Positions 1-11,158 of a stretch of DNA of 32,000 bases are shown here, piece after piece (the first letter of the stretch is position 1; every line of letters starts with the position of its first letter). Origin of the DNA: Rhodobacter capsulatus SB 1003 (GTDB lineage: Bacteria; Pseudomonadota; Alphaproteobacteria; Rhodobacterales; Rhodobacteraceae); the NCBI RefSeq assembly GCF_000021865.1, contig NC_014034.1, positions 780,001 to 812,000 of the forward strand, given 5' to 3'. The notes under the pieces are model-generated. The model made no database searches and was not told the DNA's origin. It saw nothing but the letters and a program-made list of their open reading frames with translations. A program made the position numbers and the translations under genes.

Positions 1-79
1 CTCGGCCCCACCTTCTGACCTTGTCGCCGCGGCCAAAGCCTGCGACGCTTCCACGAGTTTTCCAAGCAAAGGCAAGACC

Positions 80-1246
80 ATGCCCGTCAAGAACCGCTTC
101 GCCGAACTGCTGCCCGAGATCACCGCCTGGCGGCGCGACTTCCACGAAAACCCGGAACTGCTTTACGAGGTCCACCGCACCGCCGCCAAGGTGGCGGGGC
201 TTCTGCGCGACTTCGGCTGCGACGAGGTGGTCGAGGGCATCGGCCAGACCGGCGTCGTGGGCGTGATCCGCGGCCGAAGCGATACTTCGGGCCGGGTGGT
301 GGGGCTGCGCGCCGACATGGATGCGCTGCCGATCGTGGAACAGACCGGGGCGGCGCATGCCTCGAAAGTGCCGGGCAAGATGCATGCCTGCGGCCATGAC
401 GGCCATACGGCGATGCTGCTGGGCGCGGCCAAATATCTGGCCGAGACGCGGAATTTCGACGGCACCGCGGTTGTCATCTTCCAGCCGGCCGAAGAGGGCG
501 GCGGCGGCGGCAAGGCGATGGTCGATGATGGCATGATGGAGCGCTGGGGCATTCAGGAAGTCTACGGCATGCACAACATGCCGGGCATCCCGGTCGGCCG
601 TTTCGCCATCCGCCCCGGCCCGATGATGGCCGCGACGGATCAGTTCGACATCGTGGTGACCGGCAAGGGCGGCCATGCGGCGAAACCGCATGACTGTATC
701 GACACGACCTTGGTGGCCTCGCATATCGTTGTCGCGATGCAGCAGATCGCTTCGCGCAATGTCGATCCGCTGAAACAGGTCGTGGTCTCGATCTGCACCT
801 TCCGCACGGAAAGCGAGGCTTACAACGTCATCCCGCAGACGGTGGTGCTGCGGGGCACGGTGCGCTCGCTTGACCCGGGCGTGCGCGATCTGGCCGAGGC
901 GCGGGTGAAGGCGGTGGCCGAGGGGATCGCGGCGGCGCATGGGGCGACGGTCGGGATCAGTTACATCCGCGGCTATCCGGTGACGATGAACACGCCCGAG
1001 AATACCGACTATGCCGTTGCGGTGGCGCAGGCGGTCTCGGGTCAGGTCGATACCGCGGTCGCGCCGATGATGGGGGGCGAGGATTTCTCCTACATGCTGA
1101 ACGCGCGGCCGGGCGCCTATATCTTCCTCGGCAATGGCGACAGCGCGATGGTGCACCACCCGGCCTATGATTTCGACGACAGCGCGATTCCCTTCGGGTC
1201 GAGCTGGTATGCCGGGATGGTCGAAAGCCGGATGCCCGCGGCGTAA
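80..1246 (+). CDS. M20-family amidohydrolase (hippurate hydrolase / N-acyl-L-amino-acid amidohydrolase type)
   Basis: 388-aa ORF with peptidase M20D-like blocks in the translation (HACGHDGH, QPAEEGGGG, GGEDFSYM). Strong GC3 bias in this frame. Confidence 0.85.
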   Translation: MPVKNRFAELLPEITAWRRDFHENPELLYEVHRTAAKVAGLLRDFGCDEVVEGIGQTGVVGVIRGRSDTSGRVVGLRADMDALPIVEQTGAAHASKVPGKMHACGHDGHTAMLLGAAKYLAETRNFDGTAVVIFQPAEEGGGGGKAMVDDGMMERWGIQEVYGMHNMPGIPVGRFAIRPGPMMAATDQFDIVVTGKGGHAAKPHDCIDTTLVASHIVVAMQQIASRNVDPLKQVVVSICTFRTESEAYNVIPQTVVLRGTVRSLDPGVRDLAEARVKAVAEGIAAAHGATVGISYIRGYPVTMNTPENTDYAVAVAQAVSGQVDTAVAPMMGGEDFSYMLNARPGAYIFLGNGDSAMVHHPAYDFDDSAIPFGSSWYAGMVESRMPAA

Positions 1247-1259
1247 GGCGGGCGGGACA

Positions 1260-1278
1260 GGGGGACAGAGCCCCCCTT
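1260..1278. terminator. Short GC hairpin between convergent amidohydrolase and USP genes
   Basis: GGGGG-acagag-CCCCC followed by TTG. Only a 5-bp stem, so weak. Confidence 0.3.
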
Positions 1279-1281
1279 GCC

Positions 1282-1689
1282 TTAGCGCAGCACCATCACC
1301 GAACAGGGCGCATGGCGCACCACCCGGGCCGCGGTCGAGCCGATCAGGTAATCGCCCAGACCCGGCCGGTGCCCGGCGATCACGATGCAATCGGCGCCGA
1401 TCTCGTCCACCAGATCAAGGATTTCATTCGCGGCATGGCCCTGGCGCAGCACGCCCGCGCCATTCTCGAACTCGGCTGCCAGCGCATCGAGCTGATTTTG
1501 CAGCGTCTGGCGCAATTCGGCATCATAGCCCTCGGGCATGTAGGAAATCGCATAGCCGGGCACATCGGCCATCACATGGACGATGGTCACCCGCGCCTGA
1601 GGAGCGGCCAGCGTCCGCGCCACGTTCAGCGCGGTGTCGGGGTTGTGCTCCTCGTCGAAGGCAACGGGCACGATGATATTGGCATACAT
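1282..1689 (-). CDS. Universal stress protein (UspA family, single domain)
   Basis: Translation MYANIIVPVAF...CIVIAGHRPGLGDYLIGSTAARVVRHAPCSVMVLR has the typical USP C-terminal ATP-binding block. Start moved to the ATG at 1689 because AAGGAG lies 6 nt upstream; the tracked ORF extends to 1728. Confidence 0.85.
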   Translation of the reverse strand: MYANIIVPVAFDEEHNPDTALNVARTLAAPQARVTIVHVMADVPGYAISYMPEGYDAELRQTLQNQLDALAAEFENGAGVLRQGHAANEILDLVDEIGADCIVIAGHRPGLGDYLIGSTAARVVRHAPCSVMVLR

Positions 1690-1753
1690 GGCGGACTCCT
1701 TTGAAGGCGTCGTTTCGGATGGTTTCATTCTGCCCGCAAAACAGGCGGGCGCC

Positions 1754-1767
1754 TTGATTCAGGTCAC
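1754..1767. promoter_or_regulatory. FNR/FixK-type box candidate upstream of the USP gene
   Basis: TTGAT-tcag-GTCAC matches 8 of 10 arm positions of TTGAT-N4-ATCAA. Its centre is about 71 nt upstream of the USP ATG. A CAGAAT -10-like hexamer (minus strand, 1732-1727) lies about 31 bp downstream of the centre, which is class II geometry. Confidence 0.35.
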
Positions 1768-1784
1768 GCTTTCTGCCGTTCGGC

Positions 1785-2786
<1,002 letters not shown>

Positions 2787-2858
2787 GCCTTGAATTTAGG
2801 CGATCCGCCGCAGCCGGGCAAGCGCGGTCTGCGGCGGGATGTCGCGCTGTTGCGACCC

Positions 2859-4055
2859 TCAGGTCACTTTTGCCCGGGCGTGGAACTCGGGCCGGTCCCA
2901 GGCGCGGGTCGCCATCACCTCGGTCAGGATGTCGGCGGCGCGGTCGATCTCGGCCTCGCCGATGTAAAGCGGCGTGACGCCGAAGCGCAGGATGTCGGGG
3001 GCGCGGAAATCGCCGATCACGCCGCGGGCAATCAGCGCCTGCATGATCGCATAGCCCTGGGCATGGGCGAAGCTGACCTGGCTGCCGCGGGCCTGCGGAT
3101 CGCGCGGGGTGACCAGGGTCAGATCGGGGCAATTCGCCTCCACCGCGGCGATGAAGCGGGAGGTGAGCGCGATCGAGCGGGCGCGGATCTCGGCCATCGA
3201 GACCCCGTCCCAGACATCAAGTGCGGCCTCGAGCGCGGCCAGCTGCAGCACCGGCGGCGTGCCGACGCGCATCCGCGCCGCGCCCGGGGCGGGGCGGTAG
3301 CCGGGCTCGAAGGCAAAGGGCGCGTCATGGCCGAGCCAGCCCGAGAGCACCGGCCGCACCTGGCCCGCGTGACGGGGGGCAACGTAGATGAAGGCCGGGC
3401 CACCGGGGCCGGAGTTCAGGTATTTGTAGGTGCAGCCCGCCGCGAAATCGGCGCCCGCGCCCGCCAGATCGACCGGCACCGCGCCCGCCGAATGGGCCAG
3501 ATCCCAGAACGCAAGCGCCCCCGCGGCATGGGCCTTGGCCGTCAGCGCCGCCATGTCGTGCTTGCGGCCGGTGCGGTAATCGACCTCGGTCAGCATCGTC
3601 ACCGCCACCGTCTCGTCGATCGCGGCCTCGACGTCCTCGGGGGCGACCACGCGCAGCTCATAGCCCTGACCCAGAAGCCCGGTCAGCCCCTGCGCCATGT
3701 AAAGATCGGTCGGGAAATTGCCGCTGTCGGACAGGATCACCCGACGCTCGGGACGCAGTTGCAGTGCTGCATCAAGCGCCTGAAAGACCTTGATCGAAAG
3801 CGTGTCGCCCAGCGTCACCGTGCCCGGTTCCGCCCCGATCAGCCGCCCGATCCGGTTGCCCAGACGCTCGGGCAGGTCCATCCACCCGGCCTTGTTCCAG
3901 GCGGTGATCAGCATCGCCCCCCATTCGGCGCGGATCGCCGCCTCGACCCGCGGGGCGACGGCGCGCGGCAGCGGCCCCAGCGAATTGCCGTCCAGATAGA
4001 TCACGCCCGCGGGCAGATCGAAAAGCGCCTTGGTGGCGGTGAAATCGGTGGTCAT
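2859..4055 (-). CDS. kynU: Kynureninase (PLP-dependent)
   Basis: 398 aa from MTTDFTATKALFDLP. It has the YLDGNSLGP N-terminal block and the CTYKYLNSGPGGPAF PLP-lysine block. AAGGAG lies 6 nt upstream of the ATG at 4055. The tracked ORF (to 4700) is an upstream run-on. Confidence 0.88.
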   Translation of the reverse strand: MTTDFTATKALFDLPAGVIYLDGNSLGPLPRAVAPRVEAAIRAEWGAMLITAWNKAGWMDLPERLGNRIGRLIGAEPGTVTLGDTLSIKVFQALDAALQLRPERRVILSDSGNFPTDLYMAQGLTGLLGQGYELRVVAPEDVEAAIDETVAVTMLTEVDYRTGRKHDMAALTAKAHAAGALAFWDLAHSAGAVPVDLAGAGADFAAGCTYKYLNSGPGGPAFIYVAPRHAGQVRPVLSGWLGHDAPFAFEPGYRPAPGAARMRVGTPPVLQLAALEAALDVWDGVSMAEIRARSIALTSRFIAAVEANCPDLTLVTPRDPQARGSQVSFAHAQGYAIMQALIARGVIGDFRAPDILRFGVTPLYIGEAEIDRAADILTEVMATRAWDRPEFHARAKVT

Positions 4056-4154
4056 CGGGATCTCCTTTCGCGCAGACTGGCGCGGCGGCGCTCCGGCTGC
4101 AAGGGCTTGCGCGCCGCAGGAACCCGCGTCACCTTGGGCCGGAGGGAGAGAGCC

Positions 4155-4610
4155 ATGACCGTGAAAGAGGCGCTGAGAGAGATCGACCTTCCGCCGCTTT
4201 GGCTGGCGCTTTTTGCCGCGGTGGTCTGGCTGACCGGGCGGGCGCTGCCCTTGCCGCTGCCCTTCACCCATCCGCCGGGCTATGCGCTGGTGCTGGCGGG
4301 GGTCGGTCTGACGCTGGTTGCGGCGGCACAGATGGTGCTGGCGCGCACCCCCCTCATTCCGCGCCGCAAGCCTGGGCGGCTGGTGACGGGCGGTGTCTTC
4401 GCGCTCTCGCGCAATCCGATCTATCTGGCCGATGCGATGATCCTGGCCGGGCTGGTGCTGGTCTGGGATGCCGCGCTGGCCGCGCCGCTCGTGCCCGCCT
4501 TCATGGCGCTGATCACGCGCCGCTACATCCGCGGCGAAGAGGTCGCCATCGCGACGCTTTTCGGCCCCGAATATCAGGCCTATCGCGCCCGCACCCGCCG
4601 CTGGCTGTGA
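4155..4610 (+). CDS. Isoprenylcysteine carboxyl methyltransferase / phospholipid methyltransferase-like membrane protein
   Basis: 151 aa, the last part of the 918-aa run-on ORF. It has 3-4 hydrophobic helices, an SRNPIYLAD motif and a C-terminal EE..L...FG.EY..Y block typical of the ICMT/PEMT superfamily. GGAGGGAGAG RBS sits before the ATG at 4155. Confidence 0.7.
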   Translation: MTVKEALREIDLPPLWLALFAAVVWLTGRALPLPLPFTHPPGYALVLAGVGLTLVAAAQMVLARTPLIPRRKPGRLVTGGVFALSRNPIYLADAMILAGLVLVWDAALAAPLVPAFMALITRRYIRGEEVAIATLFGPEYQAYRARTRRWL

Positions 4611-4790
4611 CCGATTTGCTGCGTCGCAGAAAAATCGTCGCAGCCGGGCATTTGCCCGCCCCCGGCGGCTTTGCCCGCAGGGGCGGCGGAGCCTTGCCAA
4701 ACCCTTGAAACGGCGCGGGAAATGCGAGCGGTAACATGGTATGCCACGGTATGCCGAAAGCCCGCCCCGGGGCCGCGACAGATTTGCAAC

Positions 4791-4837
4791 TCTTACGCGT
4801 GATCAATCGCTTGTGAAACTTTCTTACGCGGTGTTAA
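4791..4837. repeat. Direct repeat TCTTACGCG (4791-4799 and 4822-4830, 31 bp apart) in the pntA leader
   Basis: Read directly: cTCTTACGCGtgatcaa and tTCTTACGCGgtgttaa. The second copy ends 72 nt before the pntA start. Confidence 0.5.
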
Positions 4838-4901
4838 GAGGTCTCGCCACGTTTTGTCCCCGGGCTGAAATCGTCCCGGGGCAGCATTGGGAGAGACAGA
4901 A

Positions 4902-6476
4902 GTGAAAATCGGCGCTCCGAAGGAGATTTTCGAGGGAGAGGCGCGGGTCGCGCTGACCCCCGACTCTGCGGTCCAGCTTCAGAAGCTGGGGCACACTTGT
5001 TTCGTGGAGGCGGGCGCGGGCCATGCCGCGGGCTTCGAGGACAGCGCTTATGCGGCCGTCGGCGTGACCGTGGTCGAGGGCGCAGCGGCGCTTTTCGACG
5101 CGGTCGACGTGGTGGCCAAGGTGCGCCCGCCGGTTGACGCCGAAGTGGCCCGTCTGAAAGCGGGCAAGACGCTGATTTCCTTCTTCTATCCGGCGCAGAA
5201 CAAGGATCTGCTGGAGGCCGCCAAGGCCACCGGGGCGAATGTGATCGCGATGGACATGGTGCCGCGGATTTCGCGCGCGCAGAAGATGGACGCGCTGTCC
5301 TCCATGGCGAACATCTCGGGCTATCGCGCGGTGATCGAGGCGGGCAACAACTTCGGCCGCTTCTTCACCGGCCAGGTGACGGCGGCGGGCAAGGTGCCCC
5401 CGGCCAAGGTGCTGATCGTCGGCGCGGGCGTCGCCGGTCTGGCCGCCATCGGCGCCTCGACGGCGCTGGGCGCGATCACCTATGCTTTTGACGTGCGTCC
5501 CGAAGTGGCCGAACAGATCGAATCGATGGGCGCCGAATTCGTCTATCTCGATTTCGAGGAACAGGCCCAGGACGGCGCCGCGACGGGCGGTTACGCCGCG
5601 CCCTCCTCGCCGGAATTCCGCGAAGCGCAGCTGAAGAAATTCCGCGAACTCGCGCCCGAGATGGATATCGTCATCACCACCGCGCTGATCCCGGGCCGCG
5701 ATGCGCCGATCCTGTGGACGCGCGACATGGTCGAGGCGATGAAGCGCGGCTCGGTCATCGTGGACCTTGCGGCCGAGCGTGGCGGCAACTGCGAGCTGAC
5801 GAAAAAGGACGAAAAGATCGTCACCCCGAACGGCGTGACGGTGATCGGCTACACCGATTTCCCCTCGCGGATGGCGGCGCAGTCGAGCCAGCTTTACGCG
5901 ACCAACATCCGTCACATGATGACCGACCTGACGCCCGGCAAGGATGGCGTCGTCGTGCACAACATGGAAGACGACGTGATCCGCGGCGCCACCGTGACCT
6001 TTGACGGCGCGATCACTTTCCCGCCGCCGCCGCCGAAAATCGCGGCCATCGCGGCGCAAAAGCCGAAGGAAAAGGCCAAGGTCCTGACGCCCGAGGAAAT
6101 CCGCGCCGCCGAGAAGGCCGCCTTCCGCAAGGAAACCCGCAACCAGATCCTGATGCTGGGTGTGGGCGGCGTGGCCTTGCTGGCGCTGGGCCTTGTGGCG
6201 CCTGCCTCCTTCATGGCGCATTTCATCGTCTTTGCGCTCTCGTGCTTCGTCGGCTTCCAGGTGATCTGGAACGTCAGCCATTCGCTGCACACGCCCTTGA
6301 TGGCGGTGACGAACGCGATTTCCTCGATCATCATTCTGGGCGCTTTGCTGCAGATGGGCTCGGGCTCGGTCCTCGTCATCCTGCTTTCGGCCGTGTCGGT
6401 CTTCATGGCGGGCGTCAACATCTTCGGCGGTTTCATGGTCACCCGGCGCATGCTGGCGATGTTCCAGAAGTCGTAA
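4902..6476 (+). CDS. pntA: NAD(P) transhydrogenase subunit alpha (fused dI plus N-terminal dII membrane part)
   Basis: [20 protein letters not shown] aligns with the canonical PntA N-terminus. It has a [12 protein letters not shown] Rossmann motif and 4 C-terminal TM helices. A GTG start at 4902 with the GGGAGAGA RBS is preferred over the TTG at 4887. Confidence 0.93.
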   Translation: MKIGAPKEIFEGEARVALTPDSAVQLQKLGHTCFVEAGAGHAAGFEDSAYAAVGVTVVEGAAALFDAVDVVAKVRPPVDAEVARLKAGKTLISFFYPAQNKDLLEAAKATGANVIAMDMVPRISRAQKMDALSSMANISGYRAVIEAGNNFGRFFTGQVTAAGKVPPAKVLIVGAGVAGLAAIGASTALGAITYAFDVRPEVAEQIESMGAEFVYLDFEEQAQDGAATGGYAAPSSPEFREAQLKKFRELAPEMDIVITTALIPGRDAPILWTRDMVEAMKRGSVIVDLAAERGGNCELTKKDEKIVTPNGVTVIGYTDFPSRMAAQSSQLYATNIRHMMTDLTPGKDGVVVHNMEDDVIRGATVTFDGAITFPPPPPKIAAIAAQKPKEKAKVLTPEEIRAAEKAAFRKETRNQILMLGVGGVALLALGLVAPASFMAHFIVFALSCFVGFQVIWNVSHSLHTPLMAVTNAISSIIILGALLQMGSGSVLVILLSAVSVFMAGVNIFGGFMVTRRMLAMFQKS

Positions 6477-6491
6477 GCGGAGGAAAGAACA

Positions 6492-7928
6492 ATGGAATTC
6501 GGTTTCACCACGGCTGCCTATGTCGTTGCGGCAGTTCTGTTCATCCTTTCGCTGGGCGGCCTTTCGGGGCAGGAAAGCGCCAAACGCGCCGTCTGGTACG
6601 GCATCGTCGGCATGGCGCTGGCCGTGGCGGCGACGCTGGTCGGGCCGGGGCAGGGGCTTTGGATCCTGTCGCTGATCCTTCTGGGCGCGGGCGGCTTTTA
6701 TGGCATGAAGGTCGCGAAAAAGGTCCAGATGACCGAGATGCCGCAGCTTGTGGCCGCGATGCACTCGCTCGTCGGTCTGGCGGCCGTTCTGGTCGGCTAC
6801 AACGCCTATATTGAATCGGTGCGCGTGCCGGGCATGGACGAGGCGGCGAAAGCCGCGCTGGAAGGCTTCGCGGCGCTGGTCGCGCACAAGACGCCGACCG
6901 AGCTGGCGATCCTGCGGGTCGAGCTGTTCCTCGGTGTCTTCATCGGGGCCGTGACCTTCACCGGCTCGATCATCGCCTTCGGCAAGCTTGCGGGCAAGGT
7001 CGACACCAAGGCGAAGAAACTGCCGGGCGGGCATCTGCTGAACGCGACGGCGGCGCTGACCTCGATCGCGATGCTGGTGCTGTTCATGCTGGGTTACGGC
7101 ACCTGGCCGCTGCTGCTGATGACGCTTCTGGCGCTCTTCATCGGCTATCACCTGATCATGGGCATCGGCGGCGCCGACATGCCGGTGGTGGTGTCGATGC
7201 TGAACAGCTATTCGGGCTGGGCTGCGGCGGCGATCGGCTTCTCGCTTGGCAACGATCTTCTGATCGTCACCGGCGCGCTGGTGGGCTCTTCGGGCGCGAT
7301 CCTGAGCTACATCATGTGCAAGGCGATGAACCGGTCCTTCATCTCGGTGATCCTGGGCGGCTTCGGCAATACCTCGGGTCCGGCGATGGAAGTGGCGGGC
7401 GAACAGGTGGCGATCGACGCGCAGGGCGTGGCCGATGCGCTGAACGAGGCCGACAGCATCATCATCATCCCGGGCTACGGCATGGCGGTGGCGCAGGCGC
7501 AGATGGCGGTCAGCGAGCTGACCTCGGTGCTGCGCGGCCGCGGCAAGACCGTGCGTTTCGCCATCCACCCGGTGGCGGGCCGTCTGCCCGGGCACATGAA
7601 CGTGCTTCTGGCCGAAGCCAAGGTGCCTTACGACATCGTTCTGGAGATGGACGAGATCAACGAGGACTTCCCGGAAACCGACGTGGCGATCGTCATCGGC
7701 TCGAACGACATCGTGAACCCGGCGGCGCAGGAAGACCCGAATTCGCCGATCGCCGGGATGCCGGTGCTGGAATGCTGGAAGGCGAAACAGGTCTTTGTCA
7801 GCAAGCGCGGTCAGGGCACCGGCTATTCGGGGATCGAGAACCCGCTGTTCTACAAGGAAAACACCCGCATGTTCTATGGCGACGCGAAAAAGTCGCTGGA
7901 AGAGCTGCTGCATCTGATCCGGCACTGA
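6492..7928 (+). CDS. pntB: NAD(P) transhydrogenase subunit beta
   Basis: 478 aa: a multi-TM N-terminal half plus a C-terminal dIII NADP(H) domain ([40 protein letters not shown]). Confidence 0.95.
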   Translation: MEFGFTTAAYVVAAVLFILSLGGLSGQESAKRAVWYGIVGMALAVAATLVGPGQGLWILSLILLGAGGFYGMKVAKKVQMTEMPQLVAAMHSLVGLAAVLVGYNAYIESVRVPGMDEAAKAALEGFAALVAHKTPTELAILRVELFLGVFIGAVTFTGSIIAFGKLAGKVDTKAKKLPGGHLLNATAALTSIAMLVLFMLGYGTWPLLLMTLLALFIGYHLIMGIGGADMPVVVSMLNSYSGWAAAAIGFSLGNDLLIVTGALVGSSGAILSYIMCKAMNRSFISVILGGFGNTSGPAMEVAGEQVAIDAQGVADALNEADSIIIIPGYGMAVAQAQMAVSELTSVLRGRGKTVRFAIHPVAGRLPGHMNVLLAEAKVPYDIVLEMDEINEDFPETDVAIVIGSNDIVNPAAQEDPNSPIAGMPVLECWKAKQVFVSKRGQGTGYSGIENPLFYKENTRMFYGDAKKSLEELLHLIRH

Positions 7929-7952
7929 GCCGCCTTGGACCCCGTGACAGAG

Positions 7953-7977
7953 CCCCGCCGGAAACGGCGGGGTTTTT
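7953..7977 (+). terminator. Rho-independent terminator of pntAB
   Basis: CCCCGCCG-gaaa-CGGCGGGG, an 8-bp GC stem with a GAAA loop, followed by TTTTT. Confidence 0.8.
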
Positions 7978-8010
7978 CATTTCGCCCCGGCTGTGCCGGG
8001 GCGACCCGCC

Positions 8011-8062
8011 GGGGGCTTCGCCCCCGGACCCCCAGGATATTTGCCGCAAGGTGACAGGGGGG
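8011..8062 (+). repeat. REP-like intergenic element, copy A
   Basis: GGGGGCttCGCCCCC hairpin followed by GGACCCCCAGGATATTTGCCGCAAGGTGACAGGGGGG. By hand alignment it is about 80 percent identical to the reverse complement of 19021-19074. Confidence 0.6.
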
Positions 8063-8063
8063 C

Positions 8064-8804
8064 TCAGGGAAGAAGGTCCCAGAGCAGCTTGAGCGAGATC
8101 AGCAGCAGCGCCCAGGTGACGAGCTTGTAAAAGCTCTCGTGCGGCAGGATCCGCACCAGTTTGACCCCGAAAAAGACCGACACCGCGGCGACCGGGGCCA
8201 GTTTCAGCGCCGTGCCAAGGCTGGTGACATTGATCTGCCCCAGCGCCGCATAGGGGATCAGCTTGATCGCATTCACCCAGGCGAAGAGCAGCGTCGAAGT
8301 GCCGGCAAAGACCGTGCGCGGCAGGTTGAGCGGGATCGTATAGGCCTGATAGGGCGGGCCGCCGGAATGGCTGACGAAGCTGGTGAAGCCGGTGATCGTG
8401 CCCCAGAAGAGGCCGGGTGCCAGCCGTGCCCTGCGCGCACCGCCAAGGCGCGGACGCGCGAGCGCGTTCAGTGCGAAAACCACCCCGATCAGCCCGACCA
8501 GCGCCGTCACCGCGGTTTCGGGCACGACCGAGGCGGTGGCCCAGCCGAAGCCCACCCCCAAAGCCGTCGCAGGCACCAGGATCTTCAGCACCCGCGCGTC
8601 GAAATCGCGCCGGTAGGCGATCAGCCCGAACAGATCCGAGACGATATAGACCGGCAGCAAAAGCCCCGCCGCCGCGACCGGGTTCATCACCCCCGCCAGC
8701 AGCGGCACCGACAGCGACGAAATCATCGGCAGACCGCCCTTGGCCATGCCGACGCTGACCGCCGCCAGAACCGCCATGACCCAACCGAACGCATCCAGTT
8801 CCAT
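8064..8804 (-). CDS. TauE/SafE (DUF81) family anion/sulfite exporter-like permease
   Basis: 246 aa from MELDAFGWVMAVLAAVSVG. It is polytopic and Gly-rich with the internal duplication typical of DUF81. GGAGG lies 5 nt upstream of the ATG at 8804; the tracked ORF start at 8951 was rejected. Confidence 0.75.
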   Translation of the reverse strand: MELDAFGWVMAVLAAVSVGMAKGGLPMISSLSVPLLAGVMNPVAAAGLLLPVYIVSDLFGLIAYRRDFDARVLKILVPATALGVGFGWATASVVPETAVTALVGLIGVVFALNALARPRLGGARRARLAPGLFWGTITGFTSFVSHSGGPPYQAYTIPLNLPRTVFAGTSTLLFAWVNAIKLIPYAALGQINVTSLGTALKLAPVAAVSVFFGVKLVRILPHESFYKLVTWALLLISLKLLWDLLP

Positions 8805-8878
8805 CGCCCCTCCGAGAATCACCTGACCGCAGCCCGGGCTTTCGCGCCCCGGGCCGCCCGCCGCAAGGAAATGTTTAG

Positions 8879-9985
<1,107 letters not shown>

Positions 9986-10001
9986 TCCACGCCAAATTCT
10001 T

Positions 10002-10030
10002 GAAAGGGCGGGGATTTCCCCGCCCTTTTC
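10002..10030. terminator. Bidirectional hairpin terminator between mdh and the convergent GT2-like gene
   Basis: GAAAGGGCGGGGA-tt-TCCCCGCCCTTTTC is flanked by an A-run and a T-run. It overlaps the stop codon of the minus-strand gene. Confidence 0.7.
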
Positions 10031-11078
10031 AATTTGCGGCCAGCGCCTCCGGGTCAAAGCCCGTGCGCGCCCGGATCTGATCGAACAGCGCCCCCTCATG
10101 CGCGATCAGCGCCCGGTCAAAGGCGGCGGCGCGCAGATCGGGCGGGCACGGCAGCACCCCGGCAGCGCGCTGCGCGATCCCCGGCGCCCAGCCGCGCAAG
10201 AGCTTGCGCCCGCTCAGCGCCCTTGCCTGTTCCGCAGAGATCGTCTTTGCCGCCCGATAAAGCGCCCGCAGCCGGTCCCCGCAGGCCGCATCCGCCGCGA
10301 TGGCGCGGATCTGCGCCCAGCGCGCGCGGCTGTGCGCGGCCGGATTGCCGGGGCGGTCCGCCAGCCCGTAGCGCAGCAGCTTGAGCGCGAATTGCAGCTC
10401 GGTCAGCCCGTCGAAATGCAAAAGCCGCATCCCGCCGCCCTTGACCAGATCGGGGCTGCGCCGCGCCGCCGGATAATGCGTCAGCCCGTGATGCACGCCG
10501 ATGAAGAGCCCCCGCCCGGACCGCACGAAGGCCTTGCCCATCGTGTGACCGCAGACCCCGCCCTGCAGCAGCTGCCGGGCTTCGGCGTCATAGACCTGCC
10601 CGCCCTCGGTCGCGAACCCCTCCCAGGGCAGGCGAAAGGCGCCGCCGAAGATATCGGCCAGCGGCTGGCCGCGGATCTCCACCCGTTCCGCCACCGGCAC
10701 CTGCACCCAGGCGGCCTGTTGCGGCACCCGGTCCAGCAGGGCGCCGATCGCATCGCCCGAGGGCTGCAGATATTCGTCGCAATCGCAGTGCAGGATCCAG
10801 TCCAGCCGCGTCTGCGCCAGGATCCGGCTGGCATGATATTTCTGCCGCGCGTTCATGTTTTCGGGGCGGCGGCCGAAGCTGCGATAGCGCCAGCTGTCCT
10901 CGCCATCCGCATGCAGCACCGCGCCCGGCACCCCCGCCAGAAGATCCTGCGCCGCAGGGTTGGGACGGTCCAGACAGACATGCACCTCGGCCGCGCCAAG
11001 CGCCAGATGATGGCCGACAAAGGCCGCGATCAAAGGGGCAGGCTCGTCCACCATCGACACCACGCCCCAGCTTGCCAT
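10029..11078 (-). CDS. Glycosyltransferase family 2-like protein (Glyco_tranf_2_4 / GT92-like fold), function unknown
   Basis: 349 aa. An N-terminal VVSMVDEPAPLIAAFVGHHLALGAAEVHVCLD block and an HCDCDEYL DxD-type motif resemble stand-alone GT2_4 proteins. A GAGG RBS precedes the ATG at 11078. Confidence 0.5.
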   Translation of the reverse strand: MASWGVVSMVDEPAPLIAAFVGHHLALGAAEVHVCLDRPNPAAQDLLAGVPGAVLHADGEDSWRYRSFGRRPENMNARQKYHASRILAQTRLDWILHCDCDEYLQPSGDAIGALLDRVPQQAAWVQVPVAERVEIRGQPLADIFGGAFRLPWEGFATEGGQVYDAEARQLLQGGVCGHTMGKAFVRSGRGLFIGVHHGLTHYPAARRSPDLVKGGGMRLLHFDGLTELQFALKLLRYGLADRPGNPAAHSRARWAQIRAIAADAACGDRLRALYRAAKTISAEQARALSGRKLLRGWAPGIAQRAAGVLPCPPDLRAAAFDRALIAHEGALFDQIRARTGFDPEALAAN

Positions 11079-11158
11079 GCCAACCTCTGATTTGAAATTT
11101 CCTTGCGCAAAGCAAAGCCGATTCCGTTATCGCAATCAAGTTCGCTGCTCTGCGGCAA

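Noticed and set aside
2787-2858. Possible Moco riboswitch upstream of moaA
   Set aside because: Only 72 nt separate the moaA start from the kynU stop. That is too short for the roughly 130-nt Moco RNA motif, and I saw no matching conserved structure.
4902-6476. Fused PntA architecture as a possible oddity
   Set aside because: A split PntAA/PntAB is known in Rhodospirillum rubrum, but a single roughly 510-525-aa PntA is the common bacterial form (E. coli). It is not unusual.
4824-7925. 1033-aa ORF on the minus strand spanning all of pntA and pntB
   Set aside because: It is antisense to two genes with unmistakable PntA and PntB sequence. The product is Arg/His/Gly/Asp-rich and low complexity, typical of stop-codon-depleted antisense frames in GC-rich DNA.
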